A stretch of DNA of 60,593 bases from an uncultured Prevotellaceae bacterium (GTDB taxonomy: Bacteria; Bacteroidota; Bacteroidia; Bacteroidales; UBA3663): the NCBI GenBank assembly GCA_964530595.1, contig CAZGZL010000001.1, positions 1 through 60,593 on the forward strand. Direction: 5' to 3'. The translations under genes and the position numbers were made by a program. The stretch's first letter is position 1. The number at the start of each line of letters is the position of its first letter. This document shows positions 54,644 through 60,593 of the stretch, in pieces. The notes under the pieces are model-generated. The model saw only the letters and a list, made by a program, of their open reading frames with translations. It had not been told where the DNA came from and made no database searches.

Positions 54644-55879
54644 ATGAATAACATACTGAAAAACACGAAGCGGCTCTTGATGCTCGGATTTTGGAGCGTT
54701 TGTGGCTCTCCGGTATATACCGTTGCAGAGTCTCGTCCTGTCGTGCTCGCACCGATGATGCAGTGGCGCGTCGCGGATGAGGAGGAGCAAAATGCAACCT
54801 CCCCCACGCTGCGCATTCTGTTTTGGAACGTTGAAAACCTCTTTGATACCCAAGATGATCCCCAGACCAACGATAGCGAGTTCTTGCCGCAGAGCGCGCG
54901 ACATTGGACCTCTAAACGCTATCGCACCAAATTGCAACACGTAGGCGAAGTGATCGTAGAGAGCGGCGGTTGGCGCGTCACATCGACGGCGCAATGGCAA
55001 CCGCCGGCGTGCATCGCTTGTGCTGAGGTGGAGAATGAAACGGTCTTGCGCGACCTCCTGCGCCGTACGCCGGTCGGACAGATGGGCTATGTCCCGTTGA
55101 TTACCCACTCTCCCGATCGCCGAGGCATCAACATTGCCTTCCTCTACCGCCCCATGGCTTTTAGACTGATCGGGTTTGAGTCGTGGCGTCTCGTATTGCC
55201 CGGTACGTCGCGTCCGACGCGCGACCTGCTGCACGTTTGGGGCTGTGTGGCGGGCGCCGCCCCTGATACATTAGATTTGATATTCTGCCATCTGCCCAGT
55301 CGTTATGGCGGTGCCACCGCTTCGCAGCCGGCGCGCAGTGCGGCACATCGTTGTATGCGGCAACACATAGACTCCCTTACCGCGGTGCGCCGCCAACTCT
55401 CTGTGCTCGTCCTTGGCGACATGAATGACTATCCCCACACACCGCAGTTGCAGCAGGAGCTGCGTCTCTTGCCCCCGCCGCTGAAGAAACCTAAATCTCC
55501 CGCATCCGGGCTCCCTCTGTTGCGCACCGAGCGGATTCAAGCCGACAGTCTCTACAATCTGATGCTCTTGTTGAACCGCAAAACCATACACTCCGACGTC
55601 GCTGTTCCGACTCTACCCACCGCCGGGATTGGGGATATACCGGCTACAGTGGAGGTCTACGGCAGTCACAAATATCAAGGCAAGTGGGGCTTCTTGGATC
55701 AATGCTTCGTCACCGGTAGCGTGTTGCGCCGTATTGTCGCTTACGGCGTCTTCTGCCGCCCCATGATGCTGACTGAAGACGCAACCCATTTGGGCGTTCG
55801 TCCGTTGCGTTCGTACTACGGCTATCGTTACGAAGGTGGATATAGCGATCACCTTCCCATTATTGTCGACTTACATTAA
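54644..55879 (+). CDS. endonuclease/exonuclease/phosphatase (EEP) family protein, secreted
   Basis: Signal peptide, LRILFWNVENLFD (N/E catalytic pair), VLGDMNDYP and a C-terminal YSDHLPI motif typical of the EEP fold. Confidence 0.8.
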   Translation: MNNILKNTKRLLMLGFWSVCGSPVYTVAESRPVVLAPMMQWRVADEEEQNATSPTLRILFWNVENLFDTQDDPQTNDSEFLPQSARHWTSKRYRTKLQHVGEVIVESGGWRVTSTAQWQPPACIACAEVENETVLRDLLRRTPVGQMGYVPLITHSPDRRGINIAFLYRPMAFRLIGFESWRLVLPGTSRPTRDLLHVWGCVAGAAPDTLDLIFCHLPSRYGGATASQPARSAAHRCMRQHIDSLTAVRRQLSVLVLGDMNDYPHTPQLQQELRLLPPPLKKPKSPASGLPLLRTERIQADSLYNLMLLLNRKTIHSDVAVPTLPTAGIGDIPATVEVYGSHKYQGKWGFLDQCFVTGSVLRRIVAYGVFCRPMMLTEDATHLGVRPLRSYYGYRYEGGYSDHLPIIVDLH

Positions 55880-55888
55880 AAAATAACT

Positions 55889-57508
55889 ATGAAAACATTT
55901 AGACTTTTCCTTTCGCTTCTTGCCGCAAGTGCGCTTTGTCCCCTCGGTGCATCCGCGGCTCCGAACGACGGGGCACTGGATGCTCCCTATCGCAATCCGA
56001 TTCTTTACGCCGATGTCCCTGATATGTCGGTGTGTCGTGTGGGATCATATTATTATATGGTCTCGACCACGATGCATCTGATGCCGGGTGCCCCGGTGAT
56101 GCGCTCTACCGATTTGCGTCATTGGGAGACGGTCAGCTATCTTTATCCCCGTTTAGAGGATGGCGAACGCTACGATCTCTTGGGTGCATCGACCGCTTAT
56201 GGGCAAGGGCAATGGGCATCGTCCATACGCTATCATGACGGACGCTTTTATGTGTGGTTTACTGCCAACGGCGCGCCGCATCGCGGATTCATTTTCACTG
56301 CCGAACGAGCCGAGGGAGCATGGACATTGCTCAGCCGTCCGCCACATTTTCACGACGGATCGCTCTTTTTCGATGACGATGGGCGCGTCTATCTTTTTCA
56401 CGGCACCGGTGCATTGACCGAGCTGAAACGAGATCTGAGCGACACCTTGCCGGGCGGTACGAACTGCCGCCTCTTTGAGCGTGATGCCGACGAACAGGGA
56501 TTACTGGAGGGCAGTTCGGTCGTAAAATATCAGGGGCGCTATTATCTCCTGATGATTTCGATGGATTGGAGCATTCCGGGACGTCTTCGCCGTGAGGTGT
56601 GCTACCGAGCTGACAGCATCACGGGGCCGTATGAGAAACGGGTGATCTTGGAAACTCCCTTTGAACGTTACGGCGGGGTTGGACAGGGTTGCATCGTCGA
56701 TGGCGTCAACGGCGCGTGGTATGCTCTGATTTTCCAAGATCGCGGTGGCATCGGACGTACCCCCTGCTTGATGCCCTGCACATGGAGCGCCGATGGATGG
56801 CCTATGTTGGGCGATGCGGCGGGTGGCATCCCCAACGACACAACGGCGCACTATGCCTCGCTGCGAGGTATCTGTGGCTCGGACGATTTCGAGGCGCCGC
56901 AGCTCTCCCTCTATTGGCAGTGGAACCACAATCCGATCGACACAGCATGGAGCCTAACGGAACGTCCCGGCGCGTTGCGTCTGCGTACGGCGCGCCTCGT
57001 CCCCAATCTCTTTTTAGCTCCCAACACCTTGACACAACGTATGAGCGGACCTACTTGTGTGGGCACTTTGTGTCTCGACTTTTCGGGAATGAAACCGGGC
57101 GATGTGGCGGGTTTGGCGGCGTTCAATGGCGACAGCGGACTACTTTCGGTGGTTCGATCCGTGCAGGGAACGTTTTTAGAGATGTCTCAACAGATCTCGG
57201 TGTTCAACGATCGGCATGGCATCGAGCGGGTGGATAGTACCCTCATGGAGCGTATCCCGTTGCGGGGCACGCAGGTCTATTTGCGTTGTGCTGCTGATTT
57301 TCGCGATGGGGCTGATCGGGCAGATTTCTATTACAGTCTCGACGGTGAGCTGTGGCAGCACATTGGTGGTACAGTGCCTTTGCGCTTCGACTACCGTCGC
57401 TTCTTCATGGGTACGCGTTTTGCACTCTACAACTACGCAACTCGGCGAACGGGCGGTTATGTAGACTTCCTAAACTTCACCTACGATTTTGATGCCGCTT
57501 GCGAATGA
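55889..57508 (+). CDS. glycoside hydrolase family 43 (beta-xylosidase/alpha-L-arabinofuranosidase-like) with C-terminal beta-sandwich domain
   Basis: Signal peptide, NPILYADVPDMSVCRVGSYYYMVSTT (catalytic Asp block), LLEGSSVVKYQGRYYL (Glu block) and a C-terminal concanavalin-like region. Confidence 0.88.
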   Translation: MKTFRLFLSLLAASALCPLGASAAPNDGALDAPYRNPILYADVPDMSVCRVGSYYYMVSTTMHLMPGAPVMRSTDLRHWETVSYLYPRLEDGERYDLLGASTAYGQGQWASSIRYHDGRFYVWFTANGAPHRGFIFTAERAEGAWTLLSRPPHFHDGSLFFDDDGRVYLFHGTGALTELKRDLSDTLPGGTNCRLFERDADEQGLLEGSSVVKYQGRYYLLMISMDWSIPGRLRREVCYRADSITGPYEKRVILETPFERYGGVGQGCIVDGVNGAWYALIFQDRGGIGRTPCLMPCTWSADGWPMLGDAAGGIPNDTTAHYASLRGICGSDDFEAPQLSLYWQWNHNPIDTAWSLTERPGALRLRTARLVPNLFLAPNTLTQRMSGPTCVGTLCLDFSGMKPGDVAGLAAFNGDSGLLSVVRSVQGTFLEMSQQISVFNDRHGIERVDSTLMERIPLRGTQVYLRCAADFRDGADRADFYYSLDGELWQHIGGTVPLRFDYRRFFMGTRFALYNYATRRTGGYVDFLNFTYDFDAACE

Positions 57509-57517
57509 GTTAAAGAG

Positions 57518-57557
57518 AAGCCGCCCCTCGGAGCTATGGAGCTACGAGGGGCGGCTT
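57518..57557. terminator. bidirectional GC-rich hairpin between convergent genes
   Basis: A 13-bp stem AAGCCGCCCCTCG / CGAGGGGCGGCTT with an inner AGCT/AGCT extension lies between the stops at 57508 (+) and 57581 (-). Confidence 0.6.
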
Positions 57558-57580
57558 GCGTTATAGGGGCGGCTTGCCGA

Positions 57581-57874
57581 TCAGAGCACTTGCTCTACCG
57601 GAAGCACGAAGGCGCGAAGTCCAAGCATCGGCTTGTCTAAGTCGAGCTCTTTGAGCGCTTTGAGGATCGGAGCTACGCGGTCGTCTTCGCACATCGCGAG
57701 GATAGAACCGTTCAAGCCCGGCCATGCATGGCTGCCGTAATGAGGGTCGCCTTTCTGTGAACCGCGACCTTGCGTCTGCTCCCACATGGTGAAACCGCGT
57801 TGCAGGTTGCGACCCAAGAGGTCGATCACCTTCTCCTGATGAGCTTGGTCGTATGAGATGAATATTGCTTTCAT
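57581..57874 (-). CDS. small PG0541-family-like transporter-associated protein (possibly PII-like fold)
   Basis: 97 aa from the ATG at 57874 (MKAIFISYDQAHQEKVIDLL...GSQKGDPHYGSHAWPGLNGSILAM...). It starts 14 nt downstream of the RND permease stop. The family name is from memory of NCBI annotation. Confidence 0.6.
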   Translation of the reverse strand: MKAIFISYDQAHQEKVIDLLGRNLQRGFTMWEQTQGRGSQKGDPHYGSHAWPGLNGSILAMCEDDRVAPILKALKELDLDKPMLGLRAFVLPVEQVL

Positions 57875-57888
57875 TTTAGTTTCTTTTT

Positions 57889-60593
57889 TTATTTGCGGCG
57901 ACGCAAGAAGCGACGCTTCTGTTTCTTCCACGACTGGTCGAGGTCGAGCTCACGAGCCCAAGCGCGACGTTCGCTGTTGATGGCGAAGCCTTGGAAAATA
58001 CAATAAACTGAGGGAACGACGACAAGGGTCATCACTGTTGCGATGGTCAGACCGCCAATGATGGAAATACCCAACGGACGCCACATTTCAGAACCCTGTC
58101 CTGTACCAATAGCCATCGGCACCATACCGAGGATGGTAGTCAATGTAGTCATCAACACCGGACGCAGACGGCTCTTCGCCGAGTTCACGACGGCTTGCAC
58201 GACGCTCTGTCCGCGTTCACGCAACATGTGGATGTAGTCGATCAGCACGATACCGTTCTTCACCACGATACCGATCAACATGATACCACCGAGCAGGGAC
58301 ATGATGTTGAGGTCGACGCCGGTCAGCCACAGTGCCAAGATGATACCGGTGAAGGTGAATGGGATAGATACCAACATGATGATCGTCGGGTCGGACCATG
58401 ATTCGAACTGAGCTGCCATCACGATGTAGACCAAGAGGATGATCAAGATCGCCAATGTACCGAGGTCGCGGAATGAATCCTGCTGATCCTCGTAAGAACC
58501 TGCGACGTCGATATTCACATCGCCACCAAGGAGACCCTCGTCGCGCATATCCTCGATGATTGCCAAACCGGAGTTTACGACGTCACCCAAACTGCTCACG
58601 TCCGAGTTGACAACACAGGTCACGGTGTTGATACGCTGACGGTCTTTACGCTCGATGGTCGGCGGGGCAAAGCGTTCTACTACGGTGCCGACGTCTTTGA
58701 TGCGGACGCGGCTACCATTGGTACCGTAGAGCATGATGTTCTCGATTGCCTCGATGCTCTCGCGATATTCAGGAGCGTAACGTACCACGATGTCATATTC
58801 TTCACCATCCTCACGATAATAAGAGGCTGTCGTACCGTTGAAGCGGTTGCGAAGATATCCACCTGCGGTGGTGAGGTTCAAACCATACTTAGCTAACTTC
58901 TCGCGATCGAAGTCCACCTGTACTTCCGGCTGATAATCCGGACGACTGATGCGGGCTTCCGATACGCCGGGCAGAGCGAGCATACGAGTCTTCAAAATCT
59001 GAGCCAGAGAGTCGGTCTGCGTCATATCGTAGCCGTAGATCTCGAAGTCTGCTGTGGTCTGACCACCCATACCTGTCTGACCACCTTCGGTCACTTGAGC
59101 CTTCACGAGTTCGGGATATTTGGCTAAGTCGGCACGCATTTCGTTACCCACGTCGTACATAGACTTCTTCACCTTACGTTCATTCACATTGTAGAGCGAA
59201 ATGTTAAAGTTAATGATGTACGAACCGTTATCGCTCATGGATGCAAATGTATTGTCAGTGTCCGCCTGTCCGGTAGTGTAGTTGCAAGCACGCATCACCT
59301 TCACATCGGGAGTACCGTAACGAGCCATCCAGATGTCGGTCAATTCAGCCGAAATCGCATCGGCACGATCCTGACGGGTACCGATCGGCAACTCCAACTT
59401 GACGGAGATACGACCGTTATCGGCAGCGGGGAAGAAGCCTGTACCGATCCAGCCCTTCACAACCGGGATGATCGAAACCACGAAGAAGACAATGATGATC
59501 AATACCAACTTCCAACGGTTGCGGACAGCCTTGTCGATCAACTTAGCGTAAGCCACATCGAGCGGATCCAAGAACTTGCGTACCACGAAGTGTGCATACC
59601 AGCGGCTGAACCAACTCTCTTTCTTCTTCAGCTTCAGCATCTGCGAGCAGAGCATCGGGGTGAACGAAAGGGCTGAGGTCGTAGACACGGTCATGATGAT
59701 ACACATCATCCAACCCAACTCACGGAACAAGACACCGGACATACCCGACACCATGGTCAAGGGGAAGAACACGGCGATCATGGTCAATGTAGAGGCGATA
59801 ACGGAGATGGCCACCTCATTGGTACCATGCACGGCAGCCTGCTTCGGCTCGGAACCACGCTCGATGTGGTTCGTGACGTTCTCCAAGACCACAATGGCAT
59901 CGTCGACGACGTTACCGATGGCGATACTCAAACAAGAGAGTGAAATCATGTTGAGCGACGAGTCGGTCGCCAACAGATAGATGAACGAAGCGATCAAGGA
60001 CAACGGGATGGTGATGACAATCACAAACACCGCACGCCAGCGACCCAGGAACAAGAACACCACGATGGCCACGAAGAGCATGGCGTACTGGATGGTCTCG
60101 CTCAGAGAGTTAATGGTCTGCTTAATGTTGTCCGAAGTGTTCACCACGACACCCAAGTGGACGTCGCTCGGCAGGTTCTTCTGCAGCTTCGGAATCATGG
60201 ACATCACCTTATCGGAAATCTCCACGGAGTTGGCGCCACTCTGCTTCTGCACAATGATGATGGCACCCTGCTCGCCCGAATAACCCTTCTCATTGTCCTC
60301 ATTGGTCGTATAAGTAAAGGTCTTTTGGGCACGTTCCTGAACGGTATCGACCACGCGAGCCACGTCGCGCAGGTAAACCGTCTTGTTGTTGGCCGTCGAA
60401 ACGACGATGTTCTCCATCTCCTTCGGGTCGTCGAACTCGCCTTCAACACGCAGTGAATAGGTGTTGTTACCGATATCGAAGTTACCGCCGGGGACGTTCT
60501 TATTCTCAGCACCAATAAGCGACGACAGGCTCTCGATAGTCAGGCCGTAAGCCTCCAACTTATCAGGGTCGCAGTAGACGTAAATCTCACGCT
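57889..60593 (-). CDS. efflux RND transporter permease subunit (AcrB/CzcA family), N-terminus outside the window
   Basis: Typical RND TM and porter domains are present. The frame stays open upstream of the track start, reading ...REIYVYCDPDKLEAYGLTIESL... to the window edge, so the gene is 5'-truncated here. Confidence 0.93.
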   Translation of the reverse strand, partial: REIYVYCDPDKLEAYGLTIESLSSLIGAENKNVPGGNFDIGNNTYSLRVEGEFDDPKEMENIVVSTANNKTVYLRDVARVVDTVQERAQKTFTYTTNEDNEKGYSGEQGAIIIVQKQSGANSVEISDKVMSMIPKLQKNLPSDVHLGVVVNTSDNIKQTINSLSETIQYAMLFVAIVVFLFLGRWRAVFVIVITIPLSLIASFIYLLATDSSLNMISLSCLSIAIGNVVDDAIVVLENVTNHIERGSEPKQAAVHGTNEVAISVIASTLTMIAVFFPLTMVSGMSGVLFRELGWMMCIIMTVSTTSALSFTPMLCSQMLKLKKKESWFSRWYAHFVVRKFLDPLDVAYAKLIDKAVRNRWKLVLIIIVFFVVSIIPVVKGWIGTGFFPAADNGRISVKLELPIGTRQDRADAISAELTDIWMARYGTPDVKVMRACNYTTGQADTDNTFASMSDNGSYIINFNISLYNVNERKVKKSMYDVGNEMRADLAKYPELVKAQVTEGGQTGMGGQTTADFEIYGYDMTQTDSLAQILKTRMLALPGVSEARISRPDYQPEVQVDFDREKLAKYGLNLTTAGGYLRNRFNGTTASYYREDGEEYDIVVRYAPEYRESIEAIENIMLYGTNGSRVRIKDVGTVVERFAPPTIERKDRQRINTVTCVVNSDVSSLGDVVNSGLAIIEDMRDEGLLGGDVNIDVAGSYEDQQDSFRDLGTLAILIILLVYIVMAAQFESWSDPTIIMLVSIPFTFTGIILALWLTGVDLNIMSLLGGIMLIGIVVKNGIVLIDYIHMLRERGQSVVQAVVNSAKSRLRPVLMTTLTTILGMVPMAIGTGQGSEMWRPLGISIIGGLTIATVMTLVVVPSVYCIFQGFAINSERRAWARELDLDQSWKKQKRRFLRRRK

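Noticed and set aside
3048-57557. A possible dispersed REP-like element. Several intergenic hairpins contain GGGGCG/CGCCCC cores (3048-3117, 41004-41036, 57518-57557).
   Set aside because: Apart from the short GC core, the stems and loops are unrelated in sequence and length. Each sits exactly where a terminator is expected, so independent terminators are the simpler explanation.
57548-57577. A 12-nt direct repeat, GGGGCGGCTTGC (57548-57559 and 57566-57577), next to the terminator.
   Set aside because: It is a single short duplication overlapping the terminator 3' arm. It is probably a slippage remnant with no further structure.
1-60593. A search by eye for CRISPR arrays, tRNA/rRNA/tmRNA genes, IS elements, integrases, conjugation genes, toxin-antitoxin pairs and known defence genes (restriction-modification, Abi, CBASS, retron-type reverse transcriptases).
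   Set aside because: I saw no regularly spaced direct repeats, no cloverleaf-like segments in the intergenic regions (all under 470 nt and accounted for by promoters and terminators), and no ORF with transposase, recombinase, nuclease-NTPase or RT motifs. This negative result is limited by manual inspection.

Overview
This is a 60.6-kb, gene-dense chromosomal window that reads like a Bacteroidota genome (Bacteroidales, Porphyromonadaceae-like). Supporting signs: a SusC/SusD pair, three proteins ending in type IX secretion (T9SS) C-terminal sorting domains, TAnnTTTG -7 promoter boxes, lipoproteins with acidic residues after the lipobox Cys, and a PG0541-type small protein behind an RND pump. 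I call 43 protein-coding genes (two cut by the window edges), 8 hairpin terminators and 10 candidate promoters. I recognised no rRNA/tRNA genes, CRISPR array, transposase/integrase, phage genes or known defence-system genes. Layout: (i) 1-3.0 kb holds a partial membrane-lipid head-group cluster: ATP-grasp fragment, CDP-alcohol phosphatidyltransferase, stand-alone MprF-type flippase-like protein, HAD hydrolase. (ii) 3.1-19.8 kb is one long minus-strand block. It carries a fucP-like permease, an OmpA/TPR/PD40 lipoprotein and a CCA/poly(A)-polymerase-family enzyme. It then carries a PorZ-like T9SS protein embedded among Wzx, acyltransferase and tandem-FdtA sugar genes, followed by M23 peptidase, DUF4292, TPR and dut. 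(iii) Next come hflX, an FAD oxidoreductase with GtrA, and an orphan PmbA/TldE. (iv) 25.4-36.9 kb is the only clearly accessory region. It is a SusC/SusD locus with no glycoside hydrolase and no regulator. It is followed by secreted proteins built from an aromatic-rich domain I cannot assign to a named family, a tiny T9SS cargo protein, and a convergent T9SS C10 (PrtT/streptopain-like) cysteine peptidase. This is my best candidate for an undescribed system (a surface capture-and-import locus, possibly for protein or glycopeptide). (v) 37.3-57.5 kb is a housekeeping block: pnp on the minus strand, then on the plus strand a redox-dead TlpA-like lipoprotein, greA, HIT, clpP, clpX, GSCFA, a murF-alr fusion, GH2, cardiolipin synthase, a GH3-family adenylating enzyme, HAD, EEP and GH43. 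(vi) The right end has a truncated RND efflux permease with a small partner protein. All functional calls come from reading the translated ORFs (motifs, architecture, neighbourhood); no database search was run.
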